Part shown: positions 50,341 to 58,453 of the stretch, piece by piece | How positions within the stretch are numbered: the stretch's first letter is position 1 | Layout: each line of letters opens with the position of its first letter | Assembly (NCBI GenBank): GCA_963699165.1 | Contig: OY969413.1 | Location: 63,506-127,505 of the forward strand | DNA: 64,000 nt | Direction of reading: 5' to 3' | Source of the DNA: Candidatus Kaiserbacteria bacterium | Lineage (GTDB): Bacteria; Patescibacteriota; Minisyncoccia; Phycocordibacterales; Phycocordibacteraceae | The notes under the pieces: generated by a model | What the model saw: only the letters and a program-made list of their open reading frames with translations | Databases searched by the model: none | What the model was told of the DNA's origin: nothing | Translations under genes and position numbers: made by a program

Positions 50341-51042
50341 GGCCACGCATAATTTTCTGCTGAAAATTTGCGCGGCTCCTAAAGGACTGCGGTTTGTATG
50401 CCAATCGCTTCGCTCTTGGACAAACCGGAAGCCCTCCTCGGGCCTCATTCAGCAGAATGACCTACTGGGGTCGCCCTGCGGCTTTCGAGTCCCTTACTGC
50501 GCTACAAAACAATAATCGCCACACGCTTCGCGTATGACTCGTTTGTTTTGTGGCGGGACTCGGTCACGAATAATTCGTTCGCCGCCGCTCACGAATTTTC
50601 GCGACCCCGTCTCGGCCACGCACTCGCTTCGCTCGCGCGGCTTCGCGGCCTCCGACTTTCGAGTCCCTTACCGCGCTACAAAATGATAGTCGCCGGTCAC
50701 TTTCGTGACCGGCTCCTTCATTTTGTGCGCGGGCTCGGCCACGCATAATTTTCTGCTGAAAATTTGCGCGGCCCCGCCTCCGGCCGTCGCCGTCCGGCTT
50801 TCGAGTCCCTTACCGCGCTACAAAACAATAATCGCCACACGCTTCGCGTATGGCTCGTTTGTTTTGTGGCGGGACTCGGTCACGAATAATTCGTTCGCCG
50901 CCACTCACGAATTTTCGCGACCCCGTCTCGGCCACGCGCTCGCTTCGCTCGCGCGGCTTCGCGGCCTCCGACTCTCGAGTCCCTTACTGCGCTACAAAAC
51001 AATAATCGCCACACGCTTCGCGTATGGCTCGTTTGTTTTGTG
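50341..51042 (+). repeat. complex tandem repeat array containing four copies of a tRNA-Val 3'-end fragment (TTCGAGTCCCTTACCGCGC)
   Basis: There are two full 174-bp units (~50483-50656 and ~50800-50973) plus a 67-bp partial unit, interleaved with a variant unit (~50657-50799). Each unit starts with CTTTCGAGTCCCTTACYGCGCTACAAAA. The motif GGCCACGCATAATTTTCTGCTGAAAATTTGCGCGGC recurs at ~50341 and ~50737. The ORFs here are repeat artefacts. Confidence 0.7.
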
Positions 51043-51106
51043 CCCCCTAACGGTACCGCAAGACACCAAGTGAGGCAATTGCAAGGCCTTTGGGCGACCT
51101 ATACAA

Positions 51107-51125
51107 CGTACGGCTTGAGGCCTAA
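51107..51125 (+). repeat. 19/20-bp direct repeat (left copy) TTGAGG-CCTAACGGTCACG; right copy at ~58281-58300 next to tRNA-Val
   Basis: The two copies are 19/20 identical and 7.2 kb apart. They bracket the DGR, the IS481-like element, two IS-A copies, the IS-B fragments and a serine-recombinase gene fragment. Confidence 0.5.
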
Positions 51126-51537
51126 CGGTCACGATCAGAACTGGACACTTTAGACACTACATAGCGTGTTCCACCAGTGTCCTGTTTTCGGGATTCCAGC
51201 AAGCCTTTCAAGGGTATTTGAGAGATTCGGAGCCTTAACCCACCATCCCGGAGGGAGTCCAACGGTACCGCACCAAAAAACGAACAAACCGAACACGAAA
51301 GCGCATATTTTGAGTGTTCGTATTCTGTTCGGTTCTGGAGGCTCATAGGCACCCAATTCGTGAGACAGGTGTCTCATTTGCCCTCCACAGCATGGCTTAT
51401 TTGCTCAATATGAGACAAATGAGACACAAAAGAGGGGTATTTGGGGTGTCTCATTTGTCGAAGTTAAAATGCCAATAAATGCCAATTTTTGAGAATGTGT
51501 AAGAAATAAAAACAAGGATACATATGTTGCATATGTG

Positions 51538-52563
51538 TCAAAGATTTCGGCTTCGGTTTGTATCTGCGCCGAGGGTGATTGCCACCTTGGTTTTAGGGAT
51601 AAGCGCCGCGAGCGTGTGCGCGTTGCCGTGCGAGAGCAGTCCTCGGTACGATGCGAGTGTAGCCTCCTCCGGTTCTCCTTGGAGCGCCTTGAGCATCCTT
51701 CGCTTGGTGCTGGTGCGCAGCACGTCGTGATCGGGGAAATGCACCCAGCCGAGAAAGTCGATGCCTGACGCGAGGGTGGAGATGGAGACCTTGTTCGGGT
51801 GCAGCTCGAGCTTGAGCGTATCGCGCAGGTATTCGCGTATGTGCGGCAGTAGCGCTTCAAGCTCGATTCGATCCATTGAGAGCACTACGAAGTCGTCGGC
51901 ATAACGGAGGTAGTAGCGGGCTTTGAGGCGATGCTTCACCCATTGGTCGAACTCGTTCATGTACACGTTCACGAGGAGCTGGCTGGTGAGGTTGCCGAGC
52001 GGGAGACCCTTCCCCGGCGTGCCGGAGCGGAAGCTCTCGATTACGTTTTGGAGCAGGGCGAGCGTGCGCTCGTCGTTGACGTGATTGCGCAAAATGCCGA
52101 GGAGCACTTCGTGATCGATGGAGGCGAAGAACTTGCGCACGTCGCACTTGAGTACCCACAGCGTCTTGGTGTGATTCTTGCTCGCTTTGTACGCATAGCG
52201 CTTGAAGGCGGCTATGGCGCGATGGGTACCCTTGTCGAGGCGGCAGGAGTACGAGTCGGGAATGAAGGTGCGATTGAAATAGGGATAGAGAACTCGATAG
52301 ATGGCGTGATGCGTGAGGCGGTCGCGCACTCGTGCCTTGTGAATGTCGCGGGGCTTGGGGTCACTAATCCTGAAATGCGAATACGGGCCGTGGCGATAGG
52401 TGCCGGACGCCAGCTCGTCATGGAGTTGCGAGATGTTTTCAACAAGGTTGTACTCGAAAGCCTGCACATCTTTCTTCTGCCGCTTGCCGCGTATAAATTC
52501 TTTCCATGCGTCGAGCAGATTATTGGGAGAAATGATACTTTCGTATGTATGAGTGATTTCCAT
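51538..52563 (-). CDS. diversity-generating retroelement (DGR) reverse transcriptase
   Basis: The RT domain carries the YADDFVV (YxDD) box and the DGR-specific LPLGNLTSQLLVNVYMNEFD motif. The N-terminus resembles DGR RTs (..RGKRQKKDVQAFEYNLVENISQLHDELASGTYRHGPYSHFRISDPKPRDI..). The start is taken at MEITHTYE; the longest ORF to 52779 adds a GC-rich low-complexity leader. Confidence 0.85.
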   Translation of the reverse strand: MEITHTYESIISPNNLLDAWKEFIRGKRQKKDVQAFEYNLVENISQLHDELASGTYRHGPYSHFRISDPKPRDIHKARVRDRLTHHAIYRVLYPYFNRTFIPDSYSCRLDKGTHRAIAAFKRYAYKASKNHTKTLWVLKCDVRKFFASIDHEVLLGILRNHVNDERTLALLQNVIESFRSGTPGKGLPLGNLTSQLLVNVYMNEFDQWVKHRLKARYYLRYADDFVVLSMDRIELEALLPHIREYLRDTLKLELHPNKVSISTLASGIDFLGWVHFPDHDVLRTSTKRRMLKALQGEPEEATLASYRGLLSHGNAHTLAALIPKTKVAITLGADTNRSRNL

Positions 52564-52604
52564 TCTTTTAGTTCCCCCCCCCCGCAATCGCCCCTGACAA
52601 GCTC

Positions 52605-52964
52605 GTGCCGGTGGTGTTGAAACTAAAGGAAGCATACCTCGCGTGGCAGCAGGCGCTTCCGCATGTCGCCAAGGCGCGGCGGCAGACCGTGGGGGCGCGG
52701 ATCGATGGGGCGCTCCTCGACACGCTTGAGCACGCCTTTCGTGCCGGGTATGCCTCGGGCACTCGCAAGCTGGAGGCACTTGAGTATTCGATCGAGAAAC
52801 TCGATGCCGCGAGGTTCTTCCTGCTTGTGGGCTGGGAAAGCGCCGCGCTCACGAACGCGCAGTACATGCGCATAGCAGGACTCTTAGTGGATGCGAGTAA
52901 GATGCTCGTCGGGTGGAAGGCGTATATGGAAAAGAAAACTCCCGCGAATAGCGAGAGAAAGTAA
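52605..52964 (+). CDS. putative Avd-like four-helix-bundle accessory protein, encoded on the strand opposite to RT/TR
   Basis: 119 aa with a GTG start. Its helical heptad pattern (LKEAYLAWQQA.., ..LEALEYSIEKLDAARFFLLVGWESAALTNAQYMRIAGLLVDASKMLVGWKAYM) resembles DGR Avd / 23S-IVS four-helix-bundle proteins. The same-strand ORF over this region (52568..53062) is Ser-rich and not protein-like. Confidence 0.4.
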   Translation: MPVVLKLKEAYLAWQQALPHVAKARRQTVGARIDGALLDTLEHAFRAGYASGTRKLEALEYSIEKLDAARFFLLVGWESAALTNAQYMRIAGLLVDASKMLVGWKAYMEKKTPANSERK

Positions 52965-52967
52965 GAC

Positions 52968-53079
52968 GAGTTTCGGACGAGGAGTCGATTGTCAGCGTTC
53001 CAGCGATTGTCGTTGCCGAGCCTGTTGACGTTCGCGTTCCACCTCGAGTCGTCGCGATTCACGTTGGCGACCGAGACGC
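52968..53079 (-). repeat. DGR template repeat (TR), 112 bp
   Basis: It is 102/112 identical to the VR. All 10 differences sit at adenines of the TR sense (minus) strand: 9 A->G and 1 A->C. TR codons are rich in AAC/AAT (Asn). Confidence 0.85.
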
Positions 53080-53319
53080 TATGTGCCGCTCACCATCCAT
53101 ACCACCGCCCATCGAATGCTCTCCGGGCTGTATCTGATTTGAGGCCGTGAGCCCGCAAGCGGGCGACACCAACTTGAATTTCTTTTTTCGGGCGTTTATA
53201 CCCGGAACCTCGCCACCCGAAGCCCGAGGGCCGCAAATGCCAGCGTGTTCGTATAAAATTATACCCCTCTTCGCGCAAGCGCGAAGAGGGGTAATTCGAG
53301 GAAGCCCGAATACAGGGAC

Positions 53320-54015
53320 TTAGGATCCCAGTTTCGAAGCGTCCAAGTTGCGGACGAGGAGCCGATCGTCAGCGTCCCAGCGATCGTCGTTGCCGAGCCT
53401 GCTGACGTCCGCGTTCCACCTCGAGTCGCCGCGATTCACGCCGGCGACCGAGACGCTGCCGTTCTTGTCTTCGACGAAGAACCAGTTGGCCCAGCCGTCG
53501 GTGCGCATGCCGGTATTGCCCGGCTTGCTCTCCGTGGCCTCGACCATGGCCTCGGCTTGCGCCAACGTCATGGTGTGGCCGCGCTCTATGAGGAGCGCTG
53601 CCAGCTTCTCGATCGAAGTGTCCGCGGGAACGCCGAGGACAAACGCTGCCCATTGCGCGAACGTCGCGTCCCGCGAGGGAGTGAGCGTCGTGATGGTGCA
53701 GGCGGCCGCTTCAGGCTGTTCCTTGGGGAGCCAGCCGTCGAAGTCGCTGTCGCGGTACGCATAGCGCGAGGCGGTGAAGCACTTCTTCGTCGGCTTGCCA
53801 ACGACCACAGCGAGCTCTGTCGTCGCGGAAGCGGAAAGCAATGCGGCCGGTGCAGTTGCGCTCTCCGGTGGCACGAGGCCAGCAAGGAACTTCTTGGTCG
53901 CGGCGGGATTGTTCATCCAGCCGTCCATGATCTCGTCGGTCAGCGTGTCGGGAAAATTCTGGATCATGAACCCCGCGAATGCGGCGGTTTTCTTGTCGTA
54001 GGCCTTCGCACTCAT
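53320..54015 (-). CDS. DGR target (variable) protein with a C-terminal ligand-binding VR, probably a C-type-lectin/FGE-like fold
   Basis: 231 aa. The C-terminal ~40 residues are encoded by the VR, with the upstream ..GWANWFFVED.. motif common in DGR targets. Confidence 0.75.
   Translation of the reverse strand: MSAKAYDKKTAAFAGFMIQNFPDTLTDEIMDGWMNNPAATKKFLAGLVPPESATAPAALLSASATTELAVVVGKPTKKCFTASRYAYRDSDFDGWLPKEQPEAAACTITTLTPSRDATFAQWAAFVLGVPADTSIEKLAALLIERGHTMTLAQAEAMVEATESKPGNTGMRTDGWANWFFVEDKNGSVSVAGVNRGDSRWNADVSRLGNDDRWDADDRLLVRNLDASKLGS
53346..53457 (-). repeat. DGR variable repeat (VR) at the 3' end of the target gene
   Basis: It encodes ..NRGDSRWNADVSRLGNDDRWDADDRLLVRN.., where TR would encode NRDDSRWNANVNRLGNDNRWNADNRLLVRN. 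It ends ~24 nt before the target stop codon. Confidence 0.85.
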
Positions 54016-54133
54016 GTGCGCTTCTCCTTATGACAGTGGTTACTCAGGCCGGATGGCGCGAGTTGAAGCCCTATGTCCGTAACGGAATCAAGGTGCTTCT
54101 GAGATACATTATACACATAGAATAGAGGTTGCG

Positions 54134-55033
54134 TCAAGGCGTTGTACGCGTCCAGTACTTTTGGCAGTCCCCGACGGTTAATGTCGACACAATATACCGC
54201 AAGGGGGACACCATGCCGAGCGACTGGTGCGGGCGTTTGGTGTTGTACCAGATCAGCCAGTCGACAAGCTTCAGATTGAAGGAATGAATATCGTCCCGCA
54301 GCAGGCCCCGATTCAGCATGATGAAGTCCTCGGAGACGGTGCGATTGAATCGTTCGACGTGGGCATTCATCTTGGGAGTGCGGGGGCGGGTGTGAAAGTG
54401 CGTGAGCCCGAGTTCGGCACAGGCATCCTCGAAGTGTTTGGCGAACTCGCTCCCGTTGTCGGTCTGCAACTCGTCGATATCGAAGGGGCAAACCTCGATG
54501 ACTCGGCGAAGGAAGTCGTCCGCGCTTCTCGACGAGTGGTTCGTATACGCGCCCGCAAAGGCGAACTTCCGCTCCACGTCCACTGCCGTGAGGACGTACC
54601 GCTTCACGCCGTCGATGAAGCGGACGACGGTATCGAGCTCCATGCCGCGCTTGCCGGTGCGGCGAAGCTTGGTACGGCGTTTCTGCGGTGTTTCCGTGTG
54701 ATTGCCCGTACGTGCGTGGAACGAGAGCCGGCTCTGCTGCGGGAGCAGACCGCGGTTCTTCAAATCCAGAATGACCCGCCCAACGTATGACTCCGACACG
54801 GAGTACCCTTCTTCGCGCAGGAGAACGGCAAGCTTTGCTTTCCCAAGCCGGGGATGCGCCTGTCGTTCGCGGATGATGAAATCCTCGACCTCGGGCAGAA
54901 CAGTCCTCCTTCGACGCGCCTTCGGCGCAGTGCTCTTCGGGTCAAGTGCATCAATGCGGCCCTCGTGGGCTTTGAGTTCCTCCTTCCAGCGATACAAGGT
55001 GCGCTCCGAGGTGCCAAAGGCGTCGTATGCGGC
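54134..55033 (-). pseudogene. IS481-family transposase, 5'-truncated by IS-A copy 3
   Basis: rve integrase core (..LQTDNGSEFAKHF.., ..HVERFNRTV..). The N-terminal HTH begins abruptly at the IS-A boundary (~55034). Confidence 0.7.
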
Positions 55034-55095
55034 TGACCTGACCCCCAAATTTCAGACCATGTTCTAGACGGGATTAACCGCTAGAATGACGTCAT

Positions 55096-55353
55096 ATGAA
55101 GCAATACCGCATCGCTCCTGAGGTGAAGGAACAAATCATTAATCGAATCAAGAACGATGGTGTCACTGTCGCCCAAGCGGCCAAAGAGCATGGTATCCAC
55201 GAGACCACCATCTATGGCTGGCTTGGTGCGAAAGTGCAAGACGGTACCGCATCTGTTCTTGAGATTGCGAGACTTCGAAAAGAGAATGACGAACTCCTTC
55301 GTCTTGTTGGACTCATGACGCTCAAGCTGTCTGAAACCCAAAAAAAGAAGTGA
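55096..55353 (+). CDS. IS3-family transposase OrfA (IS-A copy 3)
   Basis: Identical to the other IS-A orfA copies. Confidence 0.85.
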   Translation: MKQYRIAPEVKEQIINRIKNDGVTVAQAAKEHGIHETTIYGWLGAKVQDGTASVLEIARLRKENDELLRLVGLMTLKLSETQKKK

Positions 55354-56162
55354 GCAAAGAATCTCCGATTGGTACGCGCACAACAGCGCGTACTCTTGGT
55401 ATAGCTCGTTCCACCTTCTGGTATCAAAAGAAGAAGCCTGACAAAGACTGGGCACTCAAATGCCGTATTGAAGAAGTCCTTCGAGAGTTTCCTTCGTATG
55501 GATACCGGAGAGTTGCCCTGTATCTCAAGGAGAACAAAAAGAAGGTTCAAAGAGTCATGCGACTCTTTGGTATCAAAGCATATCGAAGAAGAGGAAGACG
55601 GTGGAGGAAATCAAGGAAACAAGCCGTGGAGTATCCAAATCTCCTGATGCGGATTGTACCCGCCTATCCGCATCAAGCATGGGTCGCTGATTTCACTCAT
55701 GTGTATTTCAAAGGGAAAGACATTCGTGTGGCAACCACCATGGACGTATACACTCGAAGTGTCGTTGGGCTCGCCATTGGTACGCGAGGTGGAACCGTAC
55801 TTGTGACGCAGGCATTGTGCGCGGCACTTCTCAACCATCCTCGTCCCACCATCTTTCACAGCGACAACGGAGTGGAATACAATGCCGCATCCTTCCGAGA
55901 GATGCTCATCAATTTCGGCATCAGCATCTCTCGCTCAAAAAAGGGCTGTCCGTGGGAGAACGGGTACCAAGAATCGTTCTATGGAAAATTCAAAACTGAT
56001 CTGGGCGATCCCAATCGCTTCGATACGCTTGGTGAACTTGTTGCTGAAATCTATCAGACAATTCACCGGTACAACACCGTGCGTATACACTCAACACTCA
56101 AGATGGCACCGAGAGAGTTTGCGAAATCGCACATCACCCGTACACTATCTTCACTCGTCTAG
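55350..56162 (+). CDS. IS3-family transposase OrfB (IS-A copy 3)
   Basis: Identical to the other IS-A orfB copies. Confidence 0.85.
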   Translation: MSKESPIGTRTTARTLGIARSTFWYQKKKPDKDWALKCRIEEVLREFPSYGYRRVALYLKENKKKVQRVMRLFGIKAYRRRGRRWRKSRKQAVEYPNLLMRIVPAYPHQAWVADFTHVYFKGKDIRVATTMDVYTRSVVGLAIGTRGGTVLVTQALCAALLNHPRPTIFHSDNGVEYNAASFREMLINFGISISRSKKGCPWENGYQESFYGKFKTDLGDPNRFDTLGELVAEIYQTIHRYNTVRIHSTLKMAPREFAKSHITRTLSSLV

Positions 56163-56192
56163 GAAGTGGTCTGAAGAATAGGGGTCGGTACA

Positions 56193-56756
56193 AGTTTAAA
56201 CGTCAATTCTCCGATGAGTGCTTTAAGGAGACCGTTCTCCTTCTTCACTCTGTTGTGCTCAATGATACTCACTCCTTTTGCAGAGGTGCCAAGCCAAGCA
56301 TAGATAGTGACGGTACTGACTCCGTGTTCTTTCGCTGCCTCAGCGACACTGATGCCATCGTTTTTGATACGGTTGATAATCTGCTCCTTAATCTCAGGAG
56401 CAATACGGTATGCTTTCTTTGCCATAGGTACATTCTAAATTAGCTGCTGGTATTTAGAATGAGTGTCCGACGTTTGGGGTACCTTGCATACTGACTCCGT
56501 GTTCTTTCGCTGCCTCAGCGACACTGATGCCATCGTTTTTGATACGGTTGATAATCTGCTCCTTAATCTCAGGAGCAATACGGTATGCTTTCTTTGCCAT
56601 AGGTACATTCTAAATTAGCTGCTGGTATTTAGAATGAGTGTCCGACGTTTGGGGTACCTTGCAACGGTTGATAATCTGCTCCTTAATCTCAGGAGCAATA
56701 CGGTATGCTTTCTTTGCCATAGGTACATTCTAAATTAGCTGCTGGTATTTAGAATG
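56193..56756 (-). mobile_element. three nested/tandem partial copies of the IS-B orfA-proximal end (~294, ~172 and ~93+30 bp)
   Basis: All three fragments share the IS-B end ...GTCCGACGTTTGGGGTACCTTGCA. The first (56193..~56488) includes a truncated orfA (56159..56425, different C-terminus). The second is ~56489..56663. The third (~56664..56756) is split by IS-A copy 4 and continues at ~57916..57945. Confidence 0.7.
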
Positions 56757-56786
56757 TGTACCGACCCCTATTCTTCAGACCACTTC

Positions 56787-57599
56787 CTAGACGAGTGAAG
56801 ATAGTGTACGGGTGATGTGCGATTTCGCAAACTCTCTCGGTGCCATCTTGAGTGTTGAGTGTATACGCACGGTGTTGTACCGGTGAATTGTCTGATAGAT
56901 TTCAGCAACAAGTTCACCAAGCGTATCGAAGCGATTGGGATCGCCCAGATCAGTTTTGAATTTTCCATAGAACGATTCTTGGTACCCGTTCTCCCACGGA
57001 CAGCCCTTTTTTGAGCGAGAGATGCTGATGCCGAAATTGATGAGCATCTCTCGGAAGGATGCGGCATTGTATTCCACTCCGTTGTCGCTGTGAAAGATGG
57101 TGGGACGAGGATGGTTGAGAAGTGCCGCGCACAATGCCTGCGTCACAAGTACGGTTCCACCTCGCGTACCAATGGCGAGCCCAACGACACTTCGAGTGTA
57201 TACGTCCATGGTGGTTGCCACACGAATGTCTTTCCCTTTGAAATACACATGAGTGAAATCAGCGACCCATGCTTGATGCGGATAGGCGGGTACAATCCGC
57301 ATCAGGAGATTTGGATACTCCACGGCTTGTTTCCTTGATTTCCTCCACCGTCTTCCTCTTCTTCGATATGCTTTGATACCAAAGAGTCGCATGACTCTTT
57401 GAACCTTCTTTTTGTTCTCCTTGAGATACAGGGCAACTCTCCGGTATCCATACGAAGGAAACTCTCGAAGGACTTCTTCAATACGGCATTTGAGTGCCCA
57501 GTCTTTGTCAGGCTTCTTCTTTTGATACCAGAAGGTGGAACGAGCTATACCAAGAGTACGCGCTGTTGTGCGCGTACCAATCGGAGATTCTTTGCTCAC
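56787..57599 (-). CDS. IS3-family transposase OrfB (IS-A copy 4)
   Basis: Identical to the other copies. Confidence 0.85.
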   Translation of the reverse strand: MSKESPIGTRTTARTLGIARSTFWYQKKKPDKDWALKCRIEEVLREFPSYGYRRVALYLKENKKKVQRVMRLFGIKAYRRRGRRWRKSRKQAVEYPNLLMRIVPAYPHQAWVADFTHVYFKGKDIRVATTMDVYTRSVVGLAIGTRGGTVLVTQALCAALLNHPRPTIFHSDNGVEYNAASFREMLINFGISISRSKKGCPWENGYQESFYGKFKTDLGDPNRFDTLGELVAEIYQTIHRYNTVRIHSTLKMAPREFAKSHITRTLSSLV

Positions 57600-57853
57600 T
57601 TCTTTTTTTGGGTTTCAGACAGCTTGAGCGTCATGAGTCCAACAAGACGAAGGAGTTCGTCATTCTCTTTTCGAAGTCTCGCAATCTCAAGAACAGATGC
57701 GGTACCGTCTTGCACTTTCGCACCAAGCCAGCCATAGATGGTGGTCTCGTGGATACCATGCTCTTTGGCCGCTTGGGCGACAGTGACACCATCGTTCTTG
57801 ATTCGATTAATGATTTGTTCCTTCACCTCAGGAGCGATGCGGTATTGCTTCAT
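57596..57853 (-). CDS. IS3-family transposase OrfA (IS-A copy 4)
   Basis: Identical to the other copies. Confidence 0.85.
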   Translation of the reverse strand: MKQYRIAPEVKEQIINRIKNDGVTVAQAAKEHGIHETTIYGWLGAKVQDGTASVLEIARLRKENDELLRLVGLMTLKLSETQKKK

Positions 57854-57945
57854 ATGACGTCATTCTAGCGGTTAATCCCGTCTAGAACATGGTCTGAAAT
57901 TTGGGGGTCAGGTCAATGAGTGTCCGACGTTTGGGGTACCTTGCA

Positions 57946-58196
57946 TACTGTTAGAGAGCATCAGCATCGACGAGATTGGGGCTCGGCATCTCATCGAAAG
58001 AGAGGTATCCCGGTACAACAAGCTCCGGGCGGCCATGCAGGACAAAAGTGAGAAGGTGAAGGCAGACGAAATGGATATACGGAAGTACGCAAAGTATCTT
58101 CTTGAGAACGGGACACCATCGGAACAGCGGGAACTACTCGGGCATCTCAAGGGAAGGATCATCCTGAAAGACCGGAAGGTGGCTATCGAAAATTAG
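57946..58196 (+). pseudogene. 3'-terminal fragment (~80 codons) of a large serine recombinase gene, truncated by the IS-B/IS-A cluster
   Basis: The in-frame translation ..[76 protein letters not shown]-stop is homologous to the C-terminus of the recombinase at 25634..26983 (..[56 protein letters not shown]..). Confidence 0.65.
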
Positions 58197-58210
58197 AGCG
58201 CCCAAAGCAA

Positions 58211-58245
58211 AACCTCGCGATGAAAATCGCGAGGTTTTGCGTCAA
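58211..58245. terminator. bidirectional hairpin terminator
   Basis: AAAACCTCGCGATTTTCATCGCGAGGTTTTG. Confidence 0.6.
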
Positions 58246-58321
58246 ACACCCCGAAAGGTACCGAACCACCTATTCTCATTTTGAGGGCCTAACGGTCACG
58301 TTTTTAGGCCGCTGACTGCTG

Positions 58322-58394
58322 TGCGCGGTAAGGGACTCGAACCCCTGACCCTCTCAACGTCAATGAGATGCTCTACCAACTGAGCTAACCGCGC
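58322..58394 (-). tRNA. tRNA-Val (anticodon GAC)
   Basis: The minus strand reads GCGCGGTTAGCTCAGTTGGTAGAGCATCTCATTGACGTTGAGAGGGTCAGGGGTTCGAGTCCCTTACCGCGCA with anticodon loop TTGACGT. No CCA is encoded. Confidence 0.85.
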
Positions 58395-58453
58395 GTCAGT
58401 GGACTATACCACGACATCTTTTCGGACGAAATACGGCGTTTCAATATTGTGTT

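Larger units (their letters stand above)
55034..56192 (+). mobile_element. IS-A, copy 3 (1159 bp)
   Basis: It has the same ends and ORFs as the other copies (orfA 55096..55353, orfB 55350..56162). Its left flank is the IS481-like gene and its right flank is an IS-B fragment. Confidence 0.85.
56757..57915 (-). mobile_element. IS-A, copy 4 (1159 bp), inserted into an IS-B end fragment with a 3-bp ATG target duplication
   Basis: The flanks read ..TATTTAGAATG | IS-A | ATGAGTGTCCGACG.., which is a contiguous IS-B sequence with ATG duplicated. orfB is 56787..57599 and orfA 57596..57853. Confidence 0.85.

Noticed and set aside
52568-53062. 164-aa minus-strand ORF beginning MNRDDSRWNANVNRLGNDNRWNADNRLLVRN
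   Set aside because: Its N-terminus is simply the DGR template repeat translated in the VR frame. The remainder is Ser-rich and not protein-like. It is annotated as TR rather than CDS.
54012-54491. 159-aa minus-strand ORF upstream of the DGR target
   Set aside because: It overlaps the 3' end of the IS481-like transposase in another frame. It is His/Arg-rich with no motif.
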